NCBI GenBank assembly: GCA_051362555.1
Contig: CM120646.1
Span: 18,104,001-18,168,000, forward strand
Direction: 5' to 3'
Source: Lingula anatina
Taxonomy: Eukaryota; Animalia; Brachiopoda
DNA length: 64,000 bases
Of this stretch, positions 1 to 13,175 are shown piece by piece (position 1 is the first letter of the stretch; every line of letters starts with the position of its first letter). A program made the translations under genes and the position numbers. The notes beneath the pieces were generated by a model. It saw only the letters and a program-made list of their open reading frames with translations. It had not been told where the DNA came from and made no database searches.

Positions 1-2055
1 CTAGTTATTAAAGGTTATGTTTGCTCATTTATATGCCTTATATAATTTTTTACAATAGTTCAAGTGTACGTTCATGCAAATTTCGACTTTTTAAGCGAGA
101 GGAGTCGCTAGTTTTGGTTTATCAGGCACGTAGTCGGGGGTTGATCTTACTAACCGCCATATTTGTCGTAAAAAATTGAATTTTTGGGTAATATATGTCT
201 CCTTTTTCATAAAAAAAGAATCTCCACCTTGGAAATAGATGGCTAAGGGGCCGTATATTGTTAATTATATTGGAATGAGCGGGGCGGGAAGCGCCAGCAT
301 TCTGGAACTTTACCGGAACGAGAAAAGAGTAGCGCGTTACTAGATACATTTGCACATACGTAACAATCTAGCCGTCGTATCCCAACTGCACCGGAAACTC
401 TCTAGTAATGGCGCTGATGGCTCTATAGGCACTGTCACACCTAGCATACAGCACAAACGTATCGGATTCGTTTGACTTACCTCTTATACGTCTCGAAAAG
501 AGAAAAATTAACACAAAAAATATAATGCTAAGAAAAATAATTCTCTCAAACTGTTTTTCCGATTTGAGCTGTAGTCCTAACATCATTCTTGTAAGTTCGA
601 GAATAATAAGTAACACGGATCTTGTTATATATTGCTTACAGGGGCAGTTCACAAAATGGAGCTATGGTCATATAAAATTTGATGTAATATTACATAATTT
701 ACTGCTAAAGCACCCCGATTTTTGAGTGTTGAGTAAGGAACATGAACCTTTTGAAAGCAAAGGTAACTAGCATATATATATATATAATTAAACAGATAAT
801 AATAAATTCGAGGCTTGTCTAAACCTCAACTCTGAGTTTTATCATTTAGTATTTATTTATTTATTTATTTATTTATTTATTGGATTGTGTATAAATGCTC
901 CGCATAGTAGAGCTCTCTGGATATGACACATTTATATATATTATGTCCAATGGGATTTTGAAGTCACGCACTGCAAATGTTACTATGTGAAAAAAGAAAA
1001 AAAAAAACAGCAAAAAAGCATAAAATCAAGAAAATGTCAAGCATTTGCACCAGTCTGTACAAGTATCAAGGGCCGTGTTGCACAAGTGAAACAGTTTTTA
1101 GCAGCAGTTTCAACACATTTAACAGTGTCAGAAGTGTTTAAACACATTCCTGTGGACCATATATTACATTTTATGGGATGTTATTTCACCTGAACAGGCC
1201 ATTGAAGCAGCACAGTAGCTCATTAAAGGTTTAATTAGCTTATTTAGTCCGTATGGCCGTTTAAAATCAAATTGATTGCGTCTATTATGTTTTAACTGCC
1301 AGTAGGTAGTGCTAACATAAAACGAGTAAATTCCAGCCTGTGGGAGATGTTTCATCTTACAAGGGTTGAATTGGCTCTACTGAGATCTTAACATGAAATT
1401 TTCCAGAATGCTCAGCATTTTATAAGCATTTAGTTGATTCTTCTCTGTATAAAAATAACCTATATGTACATAATAACCAATTGTCCGGGGTCGTATTCTC
1501 AAAAGGTTATATTTAACTCATACGTGCAACTGCCCGATGGTAAAAATAATGACATCAACTGCATCGCCCCCTTCCCCCCTTATTGTGCCTTCCCCGCGTT
1601 CTGCCTGGGTTTTAAAGTGTTGGGCTTCAAAACAGGAATTTGAAAAAAAAATTAATGGACCCTTTTCCACGTTTTTTACCTAATGTGCATGCGTACAGCC
1701 TGCAACAAAGTCCCTTTAGGTTGAAGGCAGTTGTCAATTTACGAGAGAACGCACAAGATATAGTCACTTACAAATCTTCGAGAATATCAACATACGCAAC
1801 CAGTCGGAATTTCGTGAAAAGTTGCTAGAAAACGTTACTGCAAGTGACAAGCTTTACAGAACACCGCCCAGGATTAACACTATAGTGTACAGGTAAAGAA
1901 TGATTGTGAAGAGACCCCTTCAAAATGTCGATGCCTTTGATTGATATCTAAATCGGTAAGTTCAAAATATACGCTTTTCAAGCCAATCCATGAAATAGGG
2001 TCCAACTACGAAAAGAACCCGTTGCATCTTATTTTCAGTAATAAAAATGGTATAA

Positions 2056-2217
2056 CAGGGACGGATTTAGGCCGTTATCTGGGTCTTCCGGAAGACGGTC
2101 AGATTTTCAAGTTTACATTGACGGGTATCAAATTTTTCCGTCGGAAGACGGTCAAAAATGGAGGATAGATCAACAAAGATAATTTGGAAGACTGTCAGAA
2201 TATATATCTGGCCCCTG
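2056..2217 (+). mobile_element. MITE family A (about 165 bp, CAGGGGCGGAT termini, 5-bp TSD; hAT5-like)
   Basis: Near-identical to copies at 42276, 43180 and 44783; flanks TATAA/TAAAA. Confidence 0.75.
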
Positions 2218-2770
2218 TAAAAGTGCTATATGTATACTTTGTGAAAAGAATGTCGAAATCAGCGGCACATATTCTTTCAATTGTAGGAGGATCAATATTA
2301 AGGATGTTGTTAATGGCTGCATTCTCAAAGTGCACACCCATAGGGATTTAGTGGGATACACACTGAAAACATATCTAAAATAATTCGGTGAGATTTGGTG
2401 TAAGGTTGAAAACGGATGTCATGATTGTGCTGATATTTCGAAACAAAAATACAGGGATAATTGTAATTTTGCCTCTTTTTTGGCATAAAGACATAAAACC
2501 AATACTGTATGGCAAATGTTAATTATGAGTGTACAGATTCCATTCGAGATAGCTATTTTTTTTTTTTGTTTCTTGTGTTCGTAGACCTAGCCGCAGCCAT
2601 GATGTTACATGTATGAGAGTGGCATTGCCGAAATGGACTCTTTGTTCTCCTATTTACCGGTGAATTTCTGTCATTTTAGTTTTCTTCAACCCAAATAACT
2701 CCTACCTTTCGTGAAAAAGACATTTCAGTTATCACCATAATATCATTGGCTTCTCTCTCAGATCTCCACC

Positions 2771-5359
2771 ATGGCACAAACCATGAAACCGTATCCGGAG
2801 CTCTATCCACAGCAAAACCCACGGTATGGATACGACCAAGGACCTCAGCCCTCAACATGTCAAGCGCAGGTTTGTAAAGGGGAGTTCTATAGGGTTCCAT
2901 GGGGCGATTTAAACGTATGTGTCAAGAAACTTTCTTTGTCTAATAGCGTCTCTGTGTTGATGTGTATACGGTATGTGTGCGCGTGGAATATCGAGACGCT
3001 GAAACGCATTCAATAAGGCCTCATTCAGAACAACGGTCTGACAAGTCCGCAGATCAAATATGGCCGACCCACTTGAATACTTCCTCATGGGGAATCTATT
3101 CAGTGTCTATTAGCGGATTAGACGGCAAGCTTTTTAGTTGGTCGCCATATTTGACCCGTATTCTAGTTAGTCCACTGTGCTGAATGCGGCTCAAGGTACG
3201 CTGCTGGCGGTAATAGTACTAATACGCCATGCGTTTGTAATCGACCATCATTTCGTCTATGTTTTTCCTGGAATGGTTCATTCAAGTGTACATGTATGTT
3301 CTATCATTTCCCTGTATACATTTTCATGTAGCCAACCCATTTAATTATCTATTTATTTTTTCGAAAACAGTAAGTACATTCATGCAATGCATGCACCGGG
3401 TGTTGTCTTTTTATTGAAGAAAGGAAGAAATGAAGATCTACAAACCTCCGAAAAGACAGCTTAATTCTCAATATTATTCATAATTAATTTACTTACTTAT
3501 TAACAAAATTACAAAGAACTTATCATTAATTATTTATTCATTAAGTAATTAATAGGATAATCTCTCATTATTACTCATTAAATTAATTAATTAATTAAAT
3601 TCTCAACAAAATCTACTCCATATCTGACCTAGCTTATTCTATGAAATTGTTAGGCAAATAATTGCAATATATGTAGTGATTTCAGTAGAGGTAGGTATTA
3701 AGTGCTCGTCAAACCAGCCGCGGCCAAAAACAGACGCGGCCAGATAAAAGGCGGCATCATTGGTTCAATGTGATATTGCTGCAATCGACACTTTGTCCTC
3801 CTACTGGCATTCCTACATGTATTATTACATGCTTTAACACAAAAAGAGAGAAAAAAAAGCCCACATATAATTTTCAGAAAAAAAAAAGAAGTTTCAGTTC
3901 TGTACAAAACATCTGGTTCCTTTTTGTCTCAGCCCTACGTCATGGTACCCACCCAGCCAGCGTACCCGGAAGCCTATCCCCAGCAAACCCTGCTGTATCA
4001 GTATGGGTACGGTCTAGGACCTGTGCCCTCAAACAATCCAGCGCAACAAGCACAGGTGTGTATATAAGTGTTTCTCTTGGGGCGTATCAAGCGCTACCCT
4101 GAGTGTCAGAGCAACGTAAAAATTAGCTTGTAAATATTAAATATACCTTGGAGTCATTTTTACTAGTATATTACTGGTGTGACTGGTATTGCTGATATGG
4201 GTTATATATGAAATCAAGATCGAGCTGGCAATACCGGAATCTAGAACCTAGGGTAATCAAGCGCATGTGTTCAAACAGGCACTTAATCTACTGGCGGTAA
4301 TGCACTATGCTTTCTTCATCATCGCCCTTCATTTCGTCTATTGTTTTGCTGGAATTGGAAATTATATGGCCAGTCCCAGACCATAACGCACTAACTGTGG
4401 ATTGATCTATCTCCGAGAGGATTCTCGCTTAATTGCAATCAACTTAAGCGACTTAGATGTCTGTCACGCCTACTGAAGTTTCTAGGAGGTAATTTATTAT
4501 TGCTTAGCAGCTTCAGTAGGCGTGCCATACATCTCAGCCGCTTAAGCTGAAAGCAATTTAGCGAGAATCCCCACAGAGATAGATCGATCCTGTTAGATCG
4601 ATCAAGGTATGGGAACCCAGTCATATTCTAGTATTACTGGTACACTGCTAGGATTGCACTGTATGAATTATTTTTCTCCATCTTTGTTTGACCATTATAT
4701 TTAAGGTTGATAAATATGAATAACTCTGATAGTACAGTAGTGCTTGGTCTTCTGTGATGTTTAACTCGTACTTTTAAAGTTTGGAGACTTATTCCTAACC
4801 GTATGACAATAGATCAGGTGACCAGTCCCTCCAGGTCATTTACCTAATGAAAGGTCTCGGGTTAAGACCGCAACGTCGGTCAGTTGTTTAATGTAAGTTC
4901 CAGTAACAGAGTTGTACACTTTTATCATTCTTATTCTACCGGATGACTAACAACATTTACTGATATATATTTCAGGTGATTGTGAACCAGCCCTTTCCAG
5001 TGGTCAGCACTGTACATGTGTTTGGCCCTGCCCAGCCGAAACCGCCAAACTTCATGGCACTGTCCATCTTTGTGGTTTTATGCTGCTGCTTTCCAGTTGG
5101 GATAATTGCCCTTAAATATTCAAGTAATTCTCTACCTAAATATATACTTAAAAAAAAAAAAGAAATGAAAACATGCCTCGGCGGATGTCTTCTAATGGGT
5201 TTTATGAAGACAAAAAGTAATCCTAAACGAAGTGATGTCTTATTACATGTGCATGTAGATGAGAACCCGGTGCGCTTAATTACATATAATACGTGTTTTA
5301 TTATACTATAAAGATATGCGTTGTGTTTTTGGCATAGTATAAAAACAGTGTTGGCCTTG

Positions 5360-5390
<31 letters not shown>

Positions 5391-5676
5391 CTAGTACGAA
5401 AACGAAAGTAAAATGATATTAAGCTTGTGAAATACGATAGATTTTTAAAGCATCACAAGATCGTTTCATGGGACGTGCTTCTTCCTTTGATCTTTACTTT
5501 CAAAATATTTTTGTTTCTCTCTAGTGCTATCTGACAGCGTGTACTACAAGGGAGATGTAGAGGGCGCCCGGGAAAAAGCCAAGACAGCCCTAGTGATCAA
5601 CATTGTTGGCATAGTGTTTGGCGTCTTAATAATCACTCTAGTCCTGGTGTTTAATATCGTTGAGGTTTATCCTTAG
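2771..5676 (+). CDS. CD225/dispanin (IFITM/PRRT-like) protein, array copy 1 (most diverged). Exons 2771-2869, 3933-4055, 4976-5123, 5525-5676
   Basis: GT-AG joins with phases 0,0,1 give MAQTMKPYPELYPQQNPRYGYDQGPQPSTCQAQ / PYVMVPTQPAYPEAYPQQ...QQAQ / VIVNQP...KPPNFMALSIFVVLCCCFPVGIIALKYS / MLSDSVYYKGDVEGAREKAKTALVINIVGIVFGVLIITLVLVFNIVEVYP*. CD225 hallmarks: CC-x-x-P-x-G-x-x-A, GDxxGA loop, C-terminal TM helix. Confidence 0.88.
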
Positions 5677-5959
5677 TATACTGTGTCACGAAGCGCCAGC
5701 AATTATACGGATTGTGAAGTTACAGGTGCTACCGTTCGCAGTTGATTTATGAGTAAGGCCTTATTTTCCTTCCTATGAGATGTTTTATTGGTAAACAACT
5801 GTTCTAAATTTATAGTCCATTTATACACAGCTTTGGGGGTCAACGAGATCCATGACACAATGGTTATCATAAATGCTCAAATAATATTTTTCTGTTATTT
5901 ATTAACTATAGCACATTGTAAAACGCCACAGCTTCGATGAGTTTCTCTTATCTACCAGC

Positions 5960-5963
<4 letters not shown>

Positions 5964-6020
<57 letters not shown>
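5964..6020. repeat. (TA)n microsatellite; others include (TA)n near 18430-18490, (GA)n and (CA)n in the last dispanin introns, poly-A 21538-21592
   Basis: Directly visible. Confidence 0.95.
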
Positions 6021-6022
<2 letters not shown>

Positions 6023-6586
6023 TCTGCTTACACATATATTTGTTGTTGTCCGTTTTCTCCGGGATTATAAATGAAAGCGAAGACAATCGTAATGGACTCC
6101 TCATAACGTGAGAATGTATAATGATTAGTCTACCCTTCTTTTTTTCTTACAATCTTTAATAACATAAATTAATTAAACCATGATTAAACTTTTGCGTATT
6201 AAAACACGATGAATATTTTCTTATATTAACACAACTGTCTTGTTTTTTCACTTTATTATTGTGCTTCATCTTTAATATTGTTAAAAACAGTTAATTGTCA
6301 AATAAATATGTAAATAAAATATAAGGATTTACCAGTTATTGTTTTAATCTGTCAACTGTAGACGAGGGCACACGACTTTTTACTTCGTTATAGGCCAAAG
6401 TATTTGAATTCCACTCTTAAGGCGCATCCAGATTCATCTTACCAGCTGGGTGGATCCGACTTTGGCCAGTGCAATCAATATGATCAGCTTAACTGTCTGA
6501 CACGCATCCAGCTAAGAGGGAAGAGGACACGCAGAACAGCGGACTAGCAGATCCGCAGATCAAATATGGCCGACCCACATGAATAC

Positions 6587-6723
6587 CTACCCTCTACCAG
6601 GGTCGCGGATTTTATTGTGGACATTTTTGGCTGAATCGACTTCAGACCAAAATGACTGTCTATTTGTATACAGACATATCTGTGGATATCTGTGGAAAAT
6701 CAATATCGCCCTGGTAGAGTGTA
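6587..6723. mobile_element. Small TIR element; second copy about 30735-30847
   Basis: TACCCTCTACCAGGG...CCCTGGTAGAGTGTA termini at two loci. Confidence 0.5.
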
Positions 6724-7041
6724 ATGAATACCTGTTGTGTAAACCCTGCGGGGAATCTATTCAGTGCCTTTTAACTTCCCAATAAATAGATATCGGATAA
6801 GAGGTGTTATAAAGGTCACGTCGAATCGTTTATCTATGGAGACATTTTAGGCATGATAATAGTTATTATTAAAATGCTACATGTACGTTCGTGTTGAAAC
6901 ATATACATGTAAAGTTGAGGTTTTTCTGGGTTAAACAACAGCGACAGGATTACAAATTGATCACAAAATGTATTTTTTTATCCTAAAGTGGTTTAAGTGA
7001 TTCATTTCATTAAAGAAAAAACTAAATTTATCCAAAAGTTG

Positions 7042-7440
7042 TTCTGGGAAAATGGTATTTCGATATTTTTTTGGTTTGTTTCACTTTCTATCTTTTTTTA
7101 TTACCCTAAAAGTATATATTTTTTTATTACCCTAACCTCCATGATCAACCTTTTAAGGTGACAATGCATGAATGAGATTTTAAATATACAACCAGCAAGT
7201 ACTGTTTTCTTTTCCTTTCTTTTCTTTTCTTTTCTTTTCTTTTCGAAGATTAAATAACTTAGTTATCTTTAAAAGACGCACCAGGTATATAGTCACTGTA
7301 AAAGGGGCGATGACGTAGAGGTCACGAGATCTACACTGATGTGGGATCGGCAATCCTAAGATAACCAAAACAGCCTCGTCTCTCAGCTAAGGGTGCCGCT
7401 TCTATAGAACTCGTCAAGCAGGCGACTGTTACAGGTGAGT
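7042..7440 (+). promoter_or_regulatory. Putative promoter and non-coding exon 1 of dispanin copy 2 (GAS-like, ISRE-like, CRE/E-box-like motifs, splice donor)
   Basis: TTCTGGGAA 7042-7050; GTTTCACTTTC 7078-7088; GATGACGTAGAGGTCACGAG near 7309-7328; strong donor CAG|GTGAGT at 7434/7435. The same block precedes copies 3-5. Confidence 0.55.
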
Positions 7441-8065
7441 ACGCCAAGCGTTTGGCAAGTTCCTTGGCCGCCGTTATTCTCATTTTCTGCTCTAACATGT
7501 ATCAAAAGTAAAAAGTAACCTAGTATATCAAATGCATCTACTGTAATGGGTCAAATGCAAATAAAACGAGGGTTCAGATTCTGTCTGTTTTGCAAAGTGA
7601 AGCTGAATTACTCTGAACAATTAAGGTATAAATTTTCTCATTTATATAAGACTTGCGCTCAATATACCAAAACCAAACTTTAAAAAGGAATAATGAAAGC
7701 TGCATTGTTTAATAGGGTAGAGCCTCGTTTTTTTATTTGTTTTGCTATTTATTTTTTCATTTTCTGATAAAATAACCATTAGATTCCTACAATTCATTCT
7801 GCTTTATATGCCTTGTATTAACCGATTCGCCCACAGTCTTGGGGAAAATTTGAATTAAGTTATGGGGTTTCTATATGTGTTAATATGTGTTTATGTATAA
7901 AATACCATTTTGCTGATAAAAAACAACGAAAATCCCCTCAAAAGAAAATATAAAATGTAGGAGTCCATATTTCTCCTTGCAAAGGTTAGGGTATTTCCAT
8001 ACTCTCACCATTTTCGCTTTTAAGACCAACTATAGCTGTGCAAAGCGAAGAGACAGCAGGTAAGT

Positions 8066-8133
8066 CCCTGGCGATCGAACCCACGGAGCCATGCACAGTA
8101 GGCGAGCGCTGTACCATTCGAGCAATCCGGACC
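8066..8133 (-). mobile_element. tRNA-like SINE head in intron 1 of copies 2-5 (also about 13795-13855, 23164-23229, 32014-32080)
   Basis: The minus strand reads GGTCCGGATTGCTCGAATGGTACAGCGCTCGCC...CCGTGGGTTCGATCGCCAGG, with Pol III A-box- and B-box-like motifs; copies are degenerate. Confidence 0.5.
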
Positions 8134-8565
8134 AGTAGCATCTCTTGACATTCAGATATGATTCAGAGAATTGAAATAATTAAAAAAATATCACAATTAC
8201 TACAATACATATTGATGCACTTGAGTGCTCTTTTTAAAACCACTTTAAATATCTCTGTTAATGATAACCAAGGGCCTGGTTTCATTGCCACTTGGTGCAG
8301 CTTTGTCTTCATTTCAATTCATAATCAACTGATGACATTTAGTCTCAACTTATCAGTATAATGATTTACTAAAATTTTCGATTGTCCTAAGATTTGACAC
8401 CGGCTGCCGAGGTAGTCATCAAATTAATGTGGAGATCATGGCAGATGTAAATTTAGGGCAGAAATACCATATTTCAAAGTACAGTTCATTCTGTGAAAAC
8501 AGTACAGCTTAACAAAAATAATAATTACTTTGTTTCAAAATTATTTTAAAATTATTTTTAAAATA

Positions 8566-8833
8566 CACACAATGGAAAAAAGAAGTGTCACCCCCTGAAT
8601 CAGAGTAATCAAAGTAGGCAAATTTTGAGTAGTTTTAATGCCTGGTCTACTTATAATGTGACTAATGAGTATAATACTGCTGTACCATGGAATTGCTTTT
8701 TTTTTTTTTTTTTTTTTTTTTTGTGAAATTTGATGTTAATAAAAATTATAGCAGGAGCATATCATTCCACAGTAATTTATCTCCCCCAAAGTATTGGTTC
8801 AGTAGGGGTGACACTTCTATTTTCCATTGTGTG
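8566..8833. mobile_element. MITE family C in intron 1 of copy 2; also in copy 3 at 15006-15275, with an extra left part from 14837
   Basis: TIR CACACAATGGAAAAA.GAAGTGTCACCCC / GGGGTGACACTTCTATTTTCCATTGTGTG, flanked by TA. Absent from the equivalent site of copy 4 (about 24137). Confidence 0.75.
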
Positions 8834-9204
8834 TATGTCCGTATAATTTTGATAATATCCTAATGAAGTTTTTCAATAGCATGCCGTATGTGTTAGTGAA
8901 AGCCAGGATAGCCATATTGCGTAATTACGGTATTTTATAAAAAAACATACGGAAGTGTACGCCTATATATCTTTAATTCGTATCTCCATAAAATCAGTAT
9001 TAAGGTCGACCATATTAAGATTACATACAGTACAAGGAGATTTCAGTTGAAATAGATCACACGCGCACACATATGAATAGATAAATGAACAATAGAAGAT
9101 ATATTAATAAAAAATAATTAAATAACATTCACTTCTGATTTTAGTGACGCTTCAGTCCTCATATCATAGTATCACTCTCTGCCTTTCTGTTTCAGATCTG
9201 CAAA

Positions 9205-10024
9205 ATGGCACAACCCATGACAACGTTCCCGGAGGCCTATCCACAGCAGAACCCACACTATGGGTACGACCAAGGACCTCCGCCTGCATACAATCCTGCA
9301 CCGTCTGCACCTCAAACACAGGTGTGTAATGGGGTATTCCTTGGGGCGAGACGATTTTAACCGCATCTGTTCAGAAAGTTTACCTTTATCATACCTTTTA
9401 TATCTTACCTTTAGATAGTATTACTCTCTGCCTTTCTGTTTCAGCTCGGCAGCATGGCACAACCCATGACAACATTCCCGGAGGCCTATCCACAGCAGAA
9501 CCCACACTATGGGTACGACCAAGGACCTCCGCCTGCATACAATCCTGCACCGTCTGCACCTCAAACACAGGTGTGTAATGGGGTATTCCTTGGGGCGAGA
9601 CGATTTTAAGCGCATCTGTTCGGAAACCCCAACTGAAGTTTGGAGTTGTTACGTGAAAGAAGGAGGGGTGGGGGGGGGGGGGGGGGCGGGTGACGCCTGG
9701 ATATCAGGACTTTAAAGTACATTTATTAAAACAGGTCACTAACGTATGATTGTCACCTACACGATTTTGATAGAATAATTACTCAAAATCTACATTTTTA
9801 GCATTGGTCTGTATGGATTTCATGAGCTTTTTTTACGCCATTATTTCGATTAGGTGGTCGTGAACCAGCCCGCTCCTGCGACAACCAACACCGTGTTCGT
9901 CACAACTCACGTCAAGCCGCCCAGCCACATGAGGCTGTCCATCCTTGTGCTGGTGCTCTTCAATCCGGTCTTGGGACTAATTGCTCTCGTATTTTCAAGT
10001 AATTTCTGCCTAAAATGTTAAAAA

Positions 10025-10068
<44 letters not shown>

Positions 10069-10459
10069 CAGCGGGGAGAGAGTCATAGTGATTTTTACTA
10101 CATATTCACAGATATGCCTCTGGCTAATTGATGGCGTTTTTTTTACTGTACAGAGAGCATTTATGCATGGAATTAGTTTCATCATTAATTTATTTCATCA
10201 TTCTGGCCTCTAGTATAGAGCGCTCTTTAATACCGTTTCTTTTAAATGGAATTATAATAAGCGGTATTTACATTTACATTTAAGAAAAAAGAATTCGGCG
10301 CCCAAACACGAATTGGTTTAAGCTCAGGGAAATTGGTCTTATTTGGTGCACACCGCTGCGCCAAATGTACTTTGATTTATGAAGAAAATCCTGTATTTAG
10401 CATTACAAATAATTAAACCATAAAATACTGCTTTATCTTCACACACACACTCACAGTGT

Positions 10460-10506
<47 letters not shown>

Positions 10507-10840
10507 CACGAACACACGCGCGAACCTCAAGATATGAAGATTTCAGTCATACACACCTATAATACTAGTCACAGAGATTCACAGTAGAACGGTCGTTCGC
10601 ACGTCCTTGCATTACACACAACATGATACTAAGATACGTAAATTTCTTTCTTTCTCTTTAGTTTTATCGGACAGCGACTACGGTGCCGGAAATTTGGAGG
10701 GCGCCCGGAGCAAGGGGAAGATAGCCTTGGGGCTAAACATCGCTGGCATTGTGATAACCACCATTGTGATAATCGTGGCCATAATTTGTCATTTCGTGGA
10801 AGTAGCGGAAGTTGCCAATTTAGTCTATGACGAAACCTAA
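9205..10840 (+). CDS. CD225/dispanin protein, array copy 2. Exons 9205-9321, 9445-9570, 9854-9998, 10662-10840; putative non-coding first exon ends at 7434
   Basis: Two near-identical 126-nt phase-0 exons (MAQPMTTFPEAYPQQNPHYGYDQGPPPAYNPAPSAPQTQ). Then VVVNQP...KPPSHMRLSILVLVLFNPVLGLIALVFS and ILSDSDYGAGNLEGARSKGKIALGLNIAG...YDET*. Canonical splice sites, frame intact. Confidence 0.9.
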
Positions 10841-12814
10841 CTATAAACGTAAAGTTGCTTTGGCTCATATTCACAAAAGAAGATCTGTGCTTGAGGACTA
10901 TTCTTTCCCTTTACGTAAAATGCCTTTATTAACGGCAAACCACTGTTCAAAAAGTTTCATGCAAGATTTTGTGAGTAAGCTACCTACATGATACTGGATG
11001 TATTGTTTATAGTCAGTATTTTATTAATATTGACTATGAACAATGTAACTAGTAAGGTGTTGATAATCAATACTTTATTAATATCGATTACAAAAAATGC
11101 AATTATGCATGTAGTATGATGTTTATTATCAATATTTTCTTAATAGTTTTTCTGTCAATCGTTCAGTGTTTTTGAGTTCCATACTCCCTGCTTGCGTGCT
11201 TATTATTATAATAACTATTATATTTTTGTTGAAATAAATTTAATTTTCCAATAACCCAAGGATTATAAAGAAATGATGAATTCTAATCAAGCACCATGGA
11301 CTTAAAACTGAAATGTAGGATACTTTGTGATCACCTTACTACTTTGATGAATTGAATGTGGTGAATTACACAAAACGTACAAATGTTAAATAACACAAAT
11401 TAATTAAACCAGGATTAACATTTTGAATATGAAAAAATGAATCTTTTTATACATTTACACAATTGTCTTTTTTACTTTATTTTTATGCAACTTGTGAAAT
11501 TTGAGTCAAGCAATGTGATTACGGGTTTTAAAAAATATTTAAAATAGTAAATAGAAACATCTGGGATATTGTAAAAAATCTGTTACAATTATCAAATAAA
11601 TATGTAAATAAAATATAAGGCTTCGCCAGTAATTGTTTTAATCTGTCTATACTCAGGCCTACCCAACTACCAGACTCGGCAGCAAATGATCCTACAATTC
11701 ACCGGTAGATCGCACTACACTACCCGTTTTCAAGGTGTGTATCAGTACGCGCTTCGAAGTAATAGACCCATTCCCATAGATTTTAGATCGATTTATCCTT
11801 GTGGGGAGTCTCACTAGATTACTGACAGCTGAGCCGGCTTAAGCGTCTGCCCCGCCTACTAAAAGCTGTAAGGGGGTAATTAACTATGGTGCGCTCGGCT
11901 GACTGCAATGTAGCGTGAACTCCCAGGGAGCTAGGTCGATCTAAATCTAAATCTCTGGATCGATCTAAATCTCTGGGAATGCCGCCTCAGACGCGACACC
12001 GCTCTTGCCTACTACGCGATGTGATAGTGATGATTCGCAAACTTCAAAGTATTGCATCACCACTCAAAATTTGTTCGAGGTATGATACTGTGAAATGCGT
12101 ACTGACATTCTGTTACAGCTGTATGAGCCAAATCTGGGTATCCGTCGTAAAATACAGCCCTCTTATCATTTTTTTCCGATGACCTAATGTCTTTTTGTAT
12201 GGCCAAATCAAAACTAGAAAATAAGATATATTTGCATTGCTAACGTTAAATATATGTAGAGGTAAGAATTAAGGGTATCCTTGATTTTTGTTCAATTATT
12301 CATTCACCAGTCCCTGGAAATTTAAGTTGATCTATACAGATAAATATTTAACTCGGTCAATTGCCGGTCGACTAATTCGATTGCTCATTGTCTATCTCAC
12401 CGGACCAGTCGATGAAAGATAATTATTATCCTTGATAAATGTGATCAAATACTGAAGTGCAGCTTAACCTTGCTCTTTTCTCAGAGAGAGCGTACATATT
12501 ATACAGTGACGGCAGTGGGAATGAGACATTTAATCACTGTAACACAACGGCCCAATAAATAGATATCGGATAAGAGGTGTTATAAAGGTCACGTCGAATC
12601 GTTTATCTGTGAAGACATTTTAGGCACGATAATAGTTATTATTAAAATGCAACATGCACGTGCGTGTTGAAACATATACATGTAAAGTGGAGGTTTTTGT
12701 GGGTTTAACAGCAGCGACAGGATTACAAATTGATCACAAAATGTATTTTTTTATCCTAAAGCAGATTAAGTGATTCATTTCATTCAAGAAAAAACTAAAT
12801 TTAATCAACAGCTG

Positions 12815-13175
12815 TTCTTGAAAAACGGTATTTCAATTTTTTTGGTTTGTTTCACTTTCCATCGACTTTACAGTCGAAATCATGTTAAAAGTCTTTTTAT
12901 TACCGTAACCTCCATGACTAACCTTTTACGGTGACAATGGGATTTTTAATATACAACCAGCCAGTGCTGTTTTCTTTTCGAAGATTAAATAACTTAGTTA
13001 TCTTTAAAAGATGTCCCAGGTATATAGTCGCTGTAAAAGGGGCGATGACGTAGAGGTCACGAGATCTACACTGATGTGGGATTGGCAATCCTAAGATAAC
13101 CAAAACGGCCTCGTCTCTCAGCTAAGAGCGACGCTTCTATAGAACTCGTCAAACAGTCGACTGTTACAGGTGAGT
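12815..13175 (+). promoter_or_regulatory. Paralogous promoter/exon-1 block of copy 3
   Basis: GAS position degenerate (TTCTTGAAA); GTTTCACTTTCC from 12849; donor CAG|GTGAGT at 13169/13170. Confidence 0.5.

Noticed and set aside
1-740. ORFs at the window start as host genes
   Set aside because: No recognisable domain or splice structure. The CpG-richer sequence looks like a transposon remnant, but I could not define its termini.
1861-1898. Donor-like CAG|GTAAAG as exon 1 of dispanin copy 1
   Set aside because: Plausible, but it has no clear similarity to the exon-1 block of copies 2-5, so it is unsupported without transcripts.
8066-8133. Functional tRNA gene
   Set aside because: A/B-box-like motifs are present, but the four paralogous copies carry indels and stem mismatches; better explained as a SINE head.
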